Shown: positions 39,434 through 49,340 of the stretch, piece after piece | How positions within the stretch are numbered: the first letter of the stretch is position 1 | Layout: each line of letters opens with the position of its first letter | From: Spirochaetia bacterium | GTDB taxonomy: Bacteria; Spirochaetota; Spirochaetia; SZUA-6; Bin103 | Length of the DNA: 64,000 nt | Assembly: GCA_965199955.1 (NCBI GenBank) | Contig: CBDATQ010000001.1 | Span: 224,001 to 288,000, forward strand | Reading direction: 5' to 3' | Made by a program: the position numbers and the translations under genes | The notes under the pieces: model-generated | Seen by the model: the letters and a program-made list of their open reading frames with translations, nothing else | What the model was told of the DNA's origin: nothing | Database searches by the model: none

Positions 39434-40729
39434 TCATCGCCTGCCGGTATCATTACCGGTGAGCGCGGCGAACCGTTCGAAGAAGTTCGGGAAGGTCTTG
39501 GCCGCGCAGCCCGGCTCCAGGATGGTGAGGCCGGGCACCCGCAGGCCGGTCACCGCGAACGCCATCGCCATGCGGTGGTCTTCGTAGGTCCGGATCGCCG
39601 CCGGCGCGAGCCGTGACGGCTCGATGCGCAGGCCATCCGGGCGCTCCTCAACCGTGGCACCCAGGCGCCGCAGCTCGGCGGTCAGCGCCGCGATACGGTC
39701 GGTCTCCTGCACGCGGATGTGCGCGACGTTGCGGATCGTCACCGGCGCATCCGCGAACGGCGCGATCGCCGCGAAGGTCGGCGTCAGGTCGGAGACGGCG
39801 TTGAGGTCGAGCTCGACGCCGCGCAGGCGTTCCGGCCCGGTGACGGTGATGCCTTCCAAGTCCTCGCGCACCTCGCAGCCCATCCGGCGCAGGATGTCCG
39901 CGCAGGCAATGTCGCCCTGCGGCGAGTCGGCGGCCAGCCCGCGGACGCATACGCTGCCGCCGGTGATTGCGGCAGCGGCCAGGAAGTAGGAGGCGTTGGT
40001 GGCGTCCGGCTCCACGTCGTAGTCGCGGCCTCGGTAGCCGGCACCGGCGGCGATGTCGAAGACGCCCGGCTTCGGCCGGCCTGCTTCGACGCCGAAGTCG
40101 CGCATCACCCGCGCGGACAGGTCGATGAACGGCTCGGAGGGCACCGGGCCGTCCACGACGATGGTGGTGGCGCCGGCGGCGGCCGGCGCGCACAGCAGCA
40201 GCGCCGACACCGGCTGGCTCGAGTGCGCGGCGCTCATCTCGATGCGCCCGGCGGGCAGGCCGGCCGCCCGGAGCTCGAACGGCAGGTGGCCGGGCTCGCC
40301 GGCGAAGCGGAAGCGCGCGCCGGCGGCGGCCAACACCGCCGGCAGGTCGCCCATGGGCCGCTCGCGCATGCGCTGCGCGCCGTCGAAGCGGTAGACGCCC
40401 CGTCCGGCGGCGGCGACCGCGGTCAGGAAGCGCGCCGTGGTGCCGGAATAGCGCACATCCAGTTCGGCCGTTGCCGCCGGGATGGTGCCGCCGGCGCCCT
40501 CGACGGCGATGCGGGCCTGCGCGGGCTCGGCCTCGATGCCGATGCCGAGCCGCATCAGGCCGTCCATGCACGCTTCGGTGTCGTCGCTGAACTGCGCGCC
40601 GCGCAGCGTCGACCGGCCGGTCGCCAGCGCCGCCACCACCAGCGCGCGGTTGGTCAGGCTCTTCGAGCCGGGCACGGTCACGGTCCCGCGCACCGGACCG
40701 GCGGCCGGCGCTACCTCGTGGGCTTCCAT
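39434..40729 (-). CDS. aroA: 3-phosphoshikimate 1-carboxyvinyltransferase
   Basis: PGSKSLTNR, SGTTARF, RERPM, SSQ, RVQETDRI, DHRMAM, KTFP.F. Confidence 0.95.
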   Translation of the reverse strand: MEAHEVAPAAGPVRGTVTVPGSKSLTNRALVVAALATGRSTLRGAQFSDDTEACMDGLMRLGIGIEAEPAQARIAVEGAGGTIPAATAELDVRYSGTTARFLTAVAAAGRGVYRFDGAQRMRERPMGDLPAVLAAAGARFRFAGEPGHLPFELRAAGLPAGRIEMSAAHSSQPVSALLLCAPAAAGATTIVVDGPVPSEPFIDLSARVMRDFGVEAGRPKPGVFDIAAGAGYRGRDYDVEPDATNASYFLAAAAITGGSVCVRGLAADSPQGDIACADILRRMGCEVREDLEGITVTGPERLRGVELDLNAVSDLTPTFAAIAPFADAPVTIRNVAHIRVQETDRIAALTAELRRLGATVEERPDGLRIEPSRLAPAAIRTYEDHRMAMAFAVTGLRVPGLTILEPGCAAKTFPNFFERFAALTGNDTGRR

Positions 40730-40816
40730 GCGCCAAGCGTACCCCGCGGGCGGCGCGCGGCGCCTGGCGGCGCCAACGCTTGTTGGCCCGACCCGTGGGC
40801 CTTTAGGATTCGCACC

Positions 40817-41194
40817 ATGAACCGTGAAGCGATAGCCCCCAAGGACGGTCCGCCAGCCGGCGGCCCCTACTCACCCATCATCCGCTACGGAGACGTGGCC
40901 TTCATCTCCGGGCAGGTCGCGCTCGACCCCGCCACCGGGGAGCCGGTGCGCGATTCGTTCGAGGCCGAGACCCACCAGGTGCTGCGCAACCTGCGCACGC
41001 AGGTCGAGGCCGCCGGCTCCAGCATGGACAAGGTCCTGAAGACCACCGTGTTCCTGGAGGACATGGACAACTTCGCCCGGATGAACGAGATCTACGTGCA
41101 GTACTTCCCGGAGCCGCGCCCGGCCCGCAGCACCATCAACGCCGCTCCACCCGGCGGCTACCGGGTCGAGGTCGAGGCGATCGTCGGGTTCTGA
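40817..41194 (+). CDS. RidA/YjgF family imine deaminase
   Basis: GPYS, ISGQV, KTTVFL, MNEIY..YF...PARS, VEVEAI. Confidence 0.9.
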   Translation: MNREAIAPKDGPPAGGPYSPIIRYGDVAFISGQVALDPATGEPVRDSFEAETHQVLRNLRTQVEAAGSSMDKVLKTTVFLEDMDNFARMNEIYVQYFPEPRPARSTINAAPPGGYRVEVEAIVGF

Positions 41195-41198
41195 CCCC

Positions 41199-41408
41199 AT
41201 GCACGGCCTGCTGGTGGCTGCCGGCCTGTTGTTGCTGAGCGCCGCGTCCTTCACGCTCGCGCTGCCGATCCTGGACTTCACCGGCGTGCTCCGCCGGCTG
41301 TTCGACGGCTACCCGGCCACGCCCGAGATGGCGGCGCGCCTGGGCGTGGCCGGGTCGATCTGCCTGGTGCTGGGCTGGCTGCTGTACCGCAGGCAGGACG
41401 GCGCCTGA
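41199..41408 (+). CDS. Small two-TM membrane protein
   Basis: Two hydrophobic helices; starts 4 bp after ridA. Confidence 0.55.
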   Translation: MHGLLVAAGLLLLSAASFTLALPILDFTGVLRRLFDGYPATPEMAARLGVAGSICLVLGWLLYRRQDGA

Positions 41409-41421
41409 CGGGGCGCGCGTA

Positions 41422-43233
41422 CTACGAGCGAGACTCCAGGCCGACGACCTGCCCGACCGCGTCCCGGCTGTCCGCCAGGCTGGCGTCGATCAGCCCCGCG
41501 AACAGCGGGCTCGGCGCGCCCGGACGGCTCAGGAACTCGGGATGGTATTGCACGCCGAGGTAGAAAGGGTGCGTGGGAAGCTCCGCGACCTGCACGATCG
41601 GCTGGCCCGGCGCCCACCCGGAGAAAACCATGCCGTGCGTCTCCAGCAGCTCCCGGTAGAGCGGATTGAGCTCGTAGCGATGCCGGAAGCGCTCCTCGAT
41701 GCTGTCCGCGGCGTAGAGCCGGGCGGCGGCCGATCCGCCCCGCAGCTTGACCGTGCGCTTGCCCAGGCGCATCGAGCCGCCGATCCCCTCGATCTTGTAC
41801 TGCTCCGGCAGCAGCAGGATGATCGGCGAATCGGTTCGCGGGTCCACCTCCTGGGTGTTGGCCGCCGGCAGGCCACAGCAGTGGCGGGCGAACTCGACCA
41901 TCGCCGCCTGGAAGCCGTAACAGATGCCCAGCATCGGCAGCCCGTGGAGGCGGGCGTGGGTGACGCAGGCGATCTTCCCTTCCCAGCCGCGGCGGCCGAA
42001 GCCGCCGGGCACCACCAGCCCGTCCAGGTCGTGCAGGTGCTCGGCCGCCTGCTCCTCGCGCTGCGCGGGCGAGCCGGCGGCGTCGATCAGGTCTGACGGC
42101 ACGTCGACGACCTCGACTCTGACCTGGCGGTGGGTGCCGGCATGCTCCAGGGCGTTGTGGATGCTGGCATAGGTGTCGCGCGGGCCCAGGTACTTGCCGG
42201 CGATGCCGATCCGCAGCGTCCGCCGCGGCCGGGTGAGCGCGTGCAGATAGCGCTGCAGACCGCCGGCCGCCGGCGTGTGGGCGGCGGCGCCGTCCGTGCC
42301 GTCGACGCCTCCCGATGCCGCCGGGGAGGAGCCCAGTCCGAAGTACTCAAGGCAGATCCGGTCGACCTGCTGCGCCTGCAGGTGACCGGGTACGCGGTAG
42401 ATGGAGCTCTGGTTGTGCAGGTCGATGACGTTGCGCACCGGCATGCGCAGTCGGTCTGCCAGCTTCTGGCGCACGCCGGGCTCCACGGCGTTCTCGGCCC
42501 GGCAGACCAGCATCTGCGGCTTGATGCCCATCTGCATGAGGAGCTGCGTGCCATGCTGGGCGGCCTTGCTCTTCTGCTCGTTCAGGTGGCGCGCCTCGAT
42601 GATCCACACCAGGTTGATGAAGAAGACGTTGCGCTCGCCTTCCTGGTAGGCCAGGTCGCTCATCGCGGAGATGTACGTCCGGTTCTCCTCGTCGCCGACC
42701 GTGCCGCCGATCTCGACCAGCGTGATGTCGGCTCCGGCGGCCAGCGTCGACTCGCGCACGAAGCGCACCAGCTCGCCGGTGACGTGCGGGAAGAACTGCA
42801 CGTCGGAGCCCGAGAACTGGCCGCCGCGCTCCAGGGCGTTGATGCGCTGGCTGAGCTTCCCGTTGGTGAAGTAGTTGTGGTGCGACAGGCTCCTGCCCAG
42901 GAAGCGCTCGTAGGTGCCGATGTCCATGTCGCACTCGGTGCCGTCGTCGAGCACGAACACCTCGCCGTGGCGGTACGGGCTCAGGGTGCCCGCGTCCTCG
43001 TTGTAGTAGCCGTCCATCTTGATCAGGTTCGTCGAGAACCCGCGGTCGGCCAGCAGGCGGGCCAGGCCGGCGGAGAAGATGCCCTTGCCCAGGCCGCTCA
43101 TCACGCTGCCGGTGATGATGAGGTAGCGCGCCTGGCCGACCCGGTAGCCGTCGGGCAGGGTGCGGTAGCGCTCGCCCGGATCGGACACGTCGCTGAGCGC
43201 ACGAAGGGCGCGGGGGACGGGAAGGTCGCTCAT
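41422..43233 (-). CDS. pyrG: CTP synthase (divergent type)
   Basis: SGLGKG, HGEVFV..DG.E.D.D.G.YERF, EIGGTVGD, VPGGFG.RG, GICYG, RHRYE, QYHPEF. Confidence 0.9.
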   Translation of the reverse strand: MSDLPVPRALRALSDVSDPGERYRTLPDGYRVGQARYLIITGSVMSGLGKGIFSAGLARLLADRGFSTNLIKMDGYYNEDAGTLSPYRHGEVFVLDDGTECDMDIGTYERFLGRSLSHHNYFTNGKLSQRINALERGGQFSGSDVQFFPHVTGELVRFVRESTLAAGADITLVEIGGTVGDEENRTYISAMSDLAYQEGERNVFFINLVWIIEARHLNEQKSKAAQHGTQLLMQMGIKPQMLVCRAENAVEPGVRQKLADRLRMPVRNVIDLHNQSSIYRVPGHLQAQQVDRICLEYFGLGSSPAASGGVDGTDGAAAHTPAAGGLQRYLHALTRPRRTLRIGIAGKYLGPRDTYASIHNALEHAGTHRQVRVEVVDVPSDLIDAAGSPAQREEQAAEHLHDLDGLVVPGGFGRRGWEGKIACVTHARLHGLPMLGICYGFQAAMVEFARHCCGLPAANTQEVDPRTDSPIILLLPEQYKIEGIGGSMRLGKRTVKLRGGSAAARLYAADSIEERFRHRYELNPLYRELLETHGMVFSGWAPGQPIVQVAELPTHPFYLGVQYHPEFLSRPGAPSPLFAGLIDASLADSRDAVGQVVGLESRS

Positions 43234-44453
43234 GCGGCGTGGAGGTGGCTGAGCTTGTTGCCGTAGTAGGAGGCCAGGTGCGGGTGGTGGATGAAGATCT
43301 CCCGTTCGTCGTACTCCAGGGTCTGGTATGACCTGGTGGCGATGATCGGGATGTGCGGGTAGTTGAACAGCTCCGCCGTGCGTTCCAGGAGGTCGTCCAG
43401 CGACTTGCGCCGGCCGTCACGGTACAGCGGGGTGGTGTCCAGGCCGGCCTCGTCGGCGGCGGTCACGGTGCGGTCGACCCGCTCCTCCAGCTCCGTGCGG
43501 GAGATGCGGAAGCGGTTGTCGAGCGACGCGAACACGGCGGTGCTCTCGTACACCCGGACCAGGCGTGCGAGCTGGTCGTACACGGAGCGCGCCGCCTCCT
43601 TGGCGCGGGCGCGCAGGTCGGCCGCCATCGCGTCGCCGAACTTGATGACCACCCGCGAGCGCTGGTTGCGCACGCGCCGCGTGAGCGGCACGCGGAGGAA
43701 CGCGTAATAGTTGTCGTAGACGTACTTCGCGAACGTGCCCTTGCGGGACCCGGCCCGGTAGGCGCGGAACACCAGGTCTTCCGGCACCCGCTCGTAGGAG
43801 ATGTTGATCGGGATGTAGCTGGCATCCTCCACCCGCAGATCGCGCAAGGCGTTGCGGACGGCCAGGAAGACCAGCGGTGACAGGGGGTTGAGGTGGCCGG
43901 AGTAGGATCGCCCGTACTTCACCTCGCCGGAGAACTCGTCGGTCTCGTACCCCGGAAACACCAGCAGGTGCAGGCCGTCGCTGTCGAACACCCGTTTGAG
44001 TTGATCCAGGTACAGGCTGTTGTACTGATCGCGCGTGACCACGACCGGGCGCGTGCCGAGCGTCTTGAGCATCCAGTTGCGTAACCACCGGCGGGCGTAG
44101 AAGACGTGCCGGTCGCGGACCGCCATGAAGCCGCCGCACTTGCGCAGAAAGGTGTCCAGCGGTCCGATGAACAGGTTGTCACCGGCCTGCACGGCGGCGC
44201 GGATGCCGTGCAGCGTCAGGTAGGCCTGCACCATCATCCAGTCGTACTCGCTCTGATGGTTGGCCACGAACACCAGCCGCTCCCCGGCGTGCGCCCGCCG
44301 CCTGGCATCTTCCAGGCCTTCGATCTCCACCTGCGTGAAGCAGGAGCTGAACAGGTGGCGGTCGACGTTGGTCGCCACCCGGTGCACGTACCGTTCGCTG
44401 CGCCAGTGGTGCAGCAGGTCCAGCAACTCGGCGCGGCCGGGGTTGGCCCTCAC
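43230..44453 (-). CDS. Glycerol-3-phosphate/DHAP acyltransferase (PlsB/PlsC superfamily)
   Basis: NHQSEYD (HxxxxD), AGDNL, GGF..R, GRS.SG, IPINISYE. Confidence 0.78.
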   Translation of the reverse strand: MRANPGRAELLDLLHHWRSERYVHRVATNVDRHLFSSCFTQVEIEGLEDARRRAHAGERLVFVANHQSEYDWMMVQAYLTLHGIRAAVQAGDNLFIGPLDTFLRKCGGFMAVRDRHVFYARRWLRNWMLKTLGTRPVVVTRDQYNSLYLDQLKRVFDSDGLHLLVFPGYETDEFSGEVKYGRSYSGHLNPLSPLVFLAVRNALRDLRVEDASYIPINISYERVPEDLVFRAYRAGSRKGTFAKYVYDNYYAFLRVPLTRRVRNQRSRVVIKFGDAMAADLRARAKEAARSVYDQLARLVRVYESTAVFASLDNRFRISRTELEERVDRTVTAADEAGLDTTPLYRDGRRKSLDDLLERTAELFNYPHIPIIATRSYQTLEYDEREIFIHHPHLASYYGNKLSHLHAA

Positions 44454-44557
44454 CTCATGCCTCGCGCGAACGGAGGTGCGCCGGTCACCAGCGCAGGGTG
44501 GTGCACCCGGCAGTCCCGGTCAAGGTCGGAGGCCGGTACGGCCCGGTTCGTCGCCTG

Positions 44558-45961
44558 TTACCGGCGCGGCCGGAAGATGTGAGTGGCGGTGCCGAACAGG
44601 ACCTCGCTCGCCTCCATCAGCGTCTCGGACAGAGTCGGATGGGGGTGGATCGTCAGCCGCATGTCGGTGGCGACCGCGCCCATCTCGATGGCCAGCACCG
44701 CCTCCGCGATCATCTCGCCGGCGCCGGGGCCGGCGATGCCGCAGCCGAGCACCCGCTCGTTGCCGGGGTCGACCAGCAGCTTGGTGAGCCCTTCGGAGCG
44801 GCCCAGGGTGGTCGCGCGTCCCGAAGCGCCCCACGGGAAGCGGGCCACCTGCACGTCGCGGCCGTGCGCCCTGGCCTCGGTCGCGGTCAGCCCGCACCAG
44901 GCGATCTCGGGATCGGTGAACACCACGGCGGGAATGGCCTGCGGCTCGAAGGCGACCCGCTTGCCGGCCGCCGCCTCGGCAGCGACGCGCCCTTCGTGCG
45001 ACGCCTTGTGCGCCAGCATGGGCTGTCCGGCCACGTCGCCGACGGCGAAGATCGTCGGATCGCCGGTGCGCTGCTGGTCGTCGTGCTCGATGAATCCGTC
45101 AGGACCGACCGTGACGGCGGTGTGCTCCAGGCCGAGGTCGCCGGTGTTCGGCACGCGGCCGACGCTCACCAGCATCCGGTCGTAGGTCCTGGTGCCGTCG
45201 GCCGCTCCCGACAGGGTCACCGCCAGCCCGCGCTCGGTCTCTTCCACCGCGTCCACCCGCGTGCCGGTGTGGATGGCGGCCAGCGAGCCGCGCAAGCGCC
45301 GCTCCAGGATGCCGACCAGGTCGCGGTCGACCCCGGGCAGCAGGCCGTCGGTCATCTCCACCACGGTCACGGCGCTGCCGAGCGCGGCGTAGGCGCTGCC
45401 GAGCTCCAGCCCGATGTAGCCGCCGCCCACCACCAGCAGCCGCCCGGGCACGTCGGGCAGCTCCAGCGCGGAAGTGGAGTCCAGGACGCGATCCGAGTCG
45501 AGGGCCAGTGCCGGCACCACCGCCGGCCGCGATCCCGTGGAGACGATGGCGTGATCGAAACCGACGCGCTGCTCGCCCGCGTCCGTGGTCACGGCGATCT
45601 CCCGGGAGCCTGCGAAGCGGCCGCGGCCCTGCAGCAGCGTCACCTTGCGCTGCCTGGCCAGCGACCCCAGGCCGCCGGTCATGCGCCCGACCACGGACTC
45701 CTTCCAGCCGCGCACCTTGTCCAGGTCGATGCGGGGTCTGGTGAAGCGGACCCCCCATTCCTCCGCGTCCCTGGCGTCGCCGATCACCTTGGCGACGTGC
45801 AGGAGCGCCTTGGACGGGATGCAGCCGCGGTACAGGCATACGCCGCCCGGGTTCGGCGCCTCGTCGATCAGGGTCACCGACAGCCCGAGATCGGCCGCCA
45901 GGAAGGCCGCGGCATAGCCGCCCGGTCCTCCGCCCAGGACCACCAGCCGTTGCGTGTTCAC
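44558..45961 (-). CDS. lpdA: Dihydrolipoyl dehydrogenase
   Basis: GGGPGGY, GGVCLYRGCIPSK, GGGYIGLE, MLAHKA, IHPHPTLSE. Confidence 0.96.
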   Translation of the reverse strand: MNTQRLVVLGGGPGGYAAAFLAADLGLSVTLIDEAPNPGGVCLYRGCIPSKALLHVAKVIGDARDAEEWGVRFTRPRIDLDKVRGWKESVVGRMTGGLGSLARQRKVTLLQGRGRFAGSREIAVTTDAGEQRVGFDHAIVSTGSRPAVVPALALDSDRVLDSTSALELPDVPGRLLVVGGGYIGLELGSAYAALGSAVTVVEMTDGLLPGVDRDLVGILERRLRGSLAAIHTGTRVDAVEETERGLAVTLSGAADGTRTYDRMLVSVGRVPNTGDLGLEHTAVTVGPDGFIEHDDQQRTGDPTIFAVGDVAGQPMLAHKASHEGRVAAEAAAGKRVAFEPQAIPAVVFTDPEIAWCGLTATEARAHGRDVQVARFPWGASGRATTLGRSEGLTKLLVDPGNERVLGCGIAGPGAGEMIAEAVLAIEMGAVATDMRLTIHPHPTLSETLMEASEVLFGTATHIFRPRR

Positions 45962-46100
45962 CGCGCGTATCATCGCCACGCGGGGCCGGCAGGGCAAGCG
46001 CCGCCGCAGGTGGCCGTGCGGGGCGTCCGTTCAAGACCGCCCTCATGCGCACACGACGGCTCTGAACGGTGGTATATTCCGGGCACGGGAGGACTCGAAG

Positions 46101-46346
46101 ATGACGATCATCCTGAGCATCGCGATCATGATCGCCGTGGTGGCGGCGTTGTCGATCAAGGTGCTGCTCGGGCGCGAGCGCGAGGTGAAGCGCTTCGGCT
46201 GCGGCAGCTTCTCTCCCGCGGGGCCTGCCGGCCCCGGTCCGGCGTCCTCGACCTGCGGCGTGTGCGGGGCGGAGGAAGGCGAAGCGTGCAGGGAAGATTC
46301 CCTGGCGGCCCCTTCCGCCGACCGCGACGACTTCTCGCGCAACTGA
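46101..46346 (+). CDS. Small membrane-anchored Cys-rich protein (NqrM-like)
   Basis: GGAGG SD, one TM helix, then GCG...CGVC...C. Confidence 0.6.
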   Translation: MTIILSIAIMIAVVAALSIKVLLGREREVKRFGCGSFSPAGPAGPGPASSTCGVCGAEEGEACREDSLAAPSADRDDFSRN

Positions 46347-46395
46347 GTCCCGGCGGCCGGCGACGGACCGGCCGGCCCACGGAACGGCACCGCCG

Positions 46396-47826
46396 ATGAA
46401 CGATGCCTTCGCGTCCTCCGGTCATTACCGCCGTGCGGTCGACCGGCTCATGGGGCTGGCCGACTTCGAGCGCGCCCGCCACAGCCCGGCACACCGTACC
46501 TTCCGGCTCGATCGCATCCGCGCGCTCCTGGAGCGGCTCGGCGATCCGCACCTGCAGGTGCCGACCCTGCACGTCACCGGCACCAACGGCAAGGGCAGCA
46601 CCTCGGCGATGCTGAGCTCGATGCTGCGGGCGCACGGCCTGCGGGTCGGGCTGTACACCTCGCCGCACCTGCTGCGGGTGACCGAGCGCATCCGCCACGG
46701 CCTGGATCCGATCGACCCGGCGACGTTCGCGCGGCTCGTCGACGCGGTCTGGGGTCCGCTGCGGCAGGTCGCGCGGGACACGCCGTACGGGGAGCCGACC
46801 ACGGTGGAGGCGCTCACCGCCATGGCGCTGCTGCACTTCCGGGACGCCGGCGTCGACGCGCAGGTAATCGAGGTGGGCCTGGGGGGCGAGCTGGACTCCA
46901 CCAACGTGGTGACGCCGTCGGTCTGCGCGATCACGAACATCAGCTTCGATCACGTCGCCGTGCTCGGACCCACCATCGAAAGCATCGCCCGCGCCAAGGC
47001 CGGCATCATCAAGCCGGGGGTGCCCGTGGTGCTCGCGCCGCAGATGGAGGGCGCCCTGGAGGTGGCCCTGGGCGTTGCCGCCCGGCAGCGGGCGCCGGTC
47101 ACGCAGGTCGGCAGCGACGTCCACTGGGCGGTCGACGATGCGGCGGATAACCGGCAGAGGCTGCGGGTGGAGACCGGCCGCGCACGCTACCGGGTCGATC
47201 TGCCGCTGGACGGCGACTACCAGGGGGAAAACGCCGCGGTCGCAGTCGCCGCGTGCGAGATCTTCCTGGGCGAGCGCCTGGACCATGAGGCGGTGCTGCG
47301 CGGCCTGGCGGGCGTGCGCTGGCCCGGCCGGCTGGAGCGCATGCGCTGGCGCGGCGTGCAGGTGATCGTCGACGGCGCGCACAGCCCGTACGCCATGCAG
47401 CGCATGGTGGGCGCGCTTGCCGGGCGGGTCGATCCTGCGCGGACCGTCGCCGTGGTCGGCGCCCTCACCGGTCACGACCTGATGGAGACCCTGCAGCCGC
47501 TGCGCCGCCTCACCGGCCGCGCCTACGCCGTGCGGTCGCACCACCCGCGCGCCGAGCGCCCCGAGGCGGTGGCCCGGGCGCTGGAGCAGGAGGGCTTCAC
47601 GGTGCTCGGCGTCGACGGCGACGTCGCCACCGCGACCGCCACCGCCGCCGCCGGGACCGCGGCCGGCGGGCCGCCGCACACCGTCATCGCCACCGGGTCG
47701 CTGTCGGTGGCCGCGGAGGTGATCGCCTGCGTGCGCGGCGTCGAGATCGAGACCTATCCGACCATCCGCGGCCGATCGACGGACCCCGCCGAGCGCCCGG
47801 CGGACTCCCCGCACGCGGTTCGCTGA
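46396..47826 (+). CDS. folC: Folylpolyglutamate synthase / dihydrofolate synthase
   Basis: HVTGTNGKGST, YTSPHL, EVGLGG.LDSTNV, KAGIIK, WPGRLE, DGAH, TGSL. Confidence 0.94.
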   Translation: MNDAFASSGHYRRAVDRLMGLADFERARHSPAHRTFRLDRIRALLERLGDPHLQVPTLHVTGTNGKGSTSAMLSSMLRAHGLRVGLYTSPHLLRVTERIRHGLDPIDPATFARLVDAVWGPLRQVARDTPYGEPTTVEALTAMALLHFRDAGVDAQVIEVGLGGELDSTNVVTPSVCAITNISFDHVAVLGPTIESIARAKAGIIKPGVPVVLAPQMEGALEVALGVAARQRAPVTQVGSDVHWAVDDAADNRQRLRVETGRARYRVDLPLDGDYQGENAAVAVAACEIFLGERLDHEAVLRGLAGVRWPGRLERMRWRGVQVIVDGAHSPYAMQRMVGALAGRVDPARTVAVVGALTGHDLMETLQPLRRLTGRAYAVRSHHPRAERPEAVARALEQEGFTVLGVDGDVATATATAAAGTAAGGPPHTVIATGSLSVAAEVIACVRGVEIETYPTIRGRSTDPAERPADSPHAVR

Positions 47827-47836
47827 GGAACCGGAG

Positions 47837-49078
47837 GTGAGCAGCTCGGCGATCCTGGCGCTGTACCTGGTGCTGTTCGTGCTGCAGCGGCTGGTCGAGA
47901 ACGGCCTGGGCGTCCTCAACCTCCGCCACGGAAGCGCGCAGCACGCGCCGCCGCCGGAGCTGGCCGGCGCGGTCGACGGCGACACCCACGCCCGCATGCG
48001 CGAGTACACGCAGACGCGCGGGCGCTTCGCGCTGCTCACCGACACGGTGTCGGCCGTCGCGGTGCTGGCCGTGGTGCTGAGCGGCGTGCTCGGCACGCTC
48101 GACCGTGCAGTCGGGCAGCTCGCCGGGCATCCCTACCTGTCGGGAGGAATCTACGTGCTGGCCGTGGGCGCCTTCTTCACGGTGATAGGCATCCCGGCGG
48201 CGCTCTACTCGCAGTTCGTGATCGAGCAGCGCTTCGGCTTCAACCGCACGACCCTCGGGCTGTTCCTGCTTGACCGGCTGAAGGGCGGCCTCATCTCCCT
48301 GGTCATCAGCGCGATCGTCCTGCTGGTGCTGTTCGCCTTCATGGACCGTGCCGGCAGCCTCTGGTGGCTGTACGCGGGCGGCGTGATCATCGCCTTCCAG
48401 TTCGTGCTGATGGTGCTCTATCCCACCGTGATCGCGCCGCTGTTCAACCGCTTCGTCCCGGTCGACGAGGGCGAGGTGCGGACGCGGCTGGCGGAGCTGG
48501 CGCGGCGGCTGGGCTACCGCGTGCGCGGCATCTTCGTGATGGACGGCAGCAAGCGCTCCAGGCACAGCAACGCGTACTTCACCGGTTTGGGCCCGGTGAA
48601 GCGCATCGTGCTGTTCGACACGCTGCTCGACCAGCTCGATCCGGGCGAGATCGAGGCCGTGGTCGCGCACGAGATCGGCCACGAACGCCTGCGCCACATC
48701 CCGCAGCGGCTGGCGCTGTCGGTGGCCACGGTGGCGGCGCTCTGGGTCCTGAGCCTGCTGCTGGACCACGCGCCACTGTTCGCGGCGTTCGGGATCGGCC
48801 AGCCCAGCGACCACGCGGCGCTGGTGCTGTTCAGCCTGCTGGCCGGGCCCTTCACGTTCTGGCTGGGGCCGCTGTCGGCGCTGTGGTCGCGCCGGCACGA
48901 GTACGCCGCCGACCGCTTCGCGGCCAAGGCGGTCGATTCGCCGGAGCCGCTGTCCGGCGCGCTGATCAAGCTCAGCCGCGACAACCTGTCCAACCTGGCC
49001 CCGCACCCGTGGTACAGCTTCTACCACTACTCGCATCCGACCCTGGTCGAGCGGCTGGCGGCGCTGCGGGCAGCCTGA
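47837..49078 (+). CDS. M48 family membrane zinc metalloprotease (Ste24-like)
   Basis: MDGSKRS.HSNAYFTG, RIVLFDTL, AHEIGH, EYAADRFA, SHPTL.ER. Confidence 0.93.
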   Translation: MSSSAILALYLVLFVLQRLVENGLGVLNLRHGSAQHAPPPELAGAVDGDTHARMREYTQTRGRFALLTDTVSAVAVLAVVLSGVLGTLDRAVGQLAGHPYLSGGIYVLAVGAFFTVIGIPAALYSQFVIEQRFGFNRTTLGLFLLDRLKGGLISLVISAIVLLVLFAFMDRAGSLWWLYAGGVIIAFQFVLMVLYPTVIAPLFNRFVPVDEGEVRTRLAELARRLGYRVRGIFVMDGSKRSRHSNAYFTGLGPVKRIVLFDTLLDQLDPGEIEAVVAHEIGHERLRHIPQRLALSVATVAALWVLSLLLDHAPLFAAFGIGQPSDHAALVLFSLLAGPFTFWLGPLSALWSRRHEYAADRFAAKAVDSPEPLSGALIKLSRDNLSNLAPHPWYSFYHYSHPTLVERLAALRAA

Positions 49079-49166
49079 CGCACGGCATCCTCACTCGAAC
49101 GTGATCGAGAACCGTTCCAACCGGGCCATTGACCGGTGTGGCACTTTGCGTTTGGCTGTATGCATC

Positions 49167-49240
49167 GGGCCCATAGCTCAGTCGGTTAGAGCGGCGGACT
49201 CATAATCCGTTGGTCCAAGGTTCGAGTCCTTGTGGGCCCA
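49167..49240 (+). tRNA. tRNA with CAT anticodon, probably tRNA-Ile2 (lysidine); CCA not encoded
   Basis: GGGCCCA/TGGGCCC acceptor stem, TAGCTCAG D-arm, CTCATAA anticodon loop, GGTTCGAGTCC T-arm; C4/C5 acceptor pairs fit Ile2. Confidence 0.9.
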
Positions 49241-49340
49241 TCCTCTGGTGTCCCATCGTCGGCGGCGGAGCCGCGCGTGAGATAGTGTCCGTAGAAGACC
49301 GGCGCTCGTCCGGTCAGGCGGCACGCTAAGCTACCGAGTC

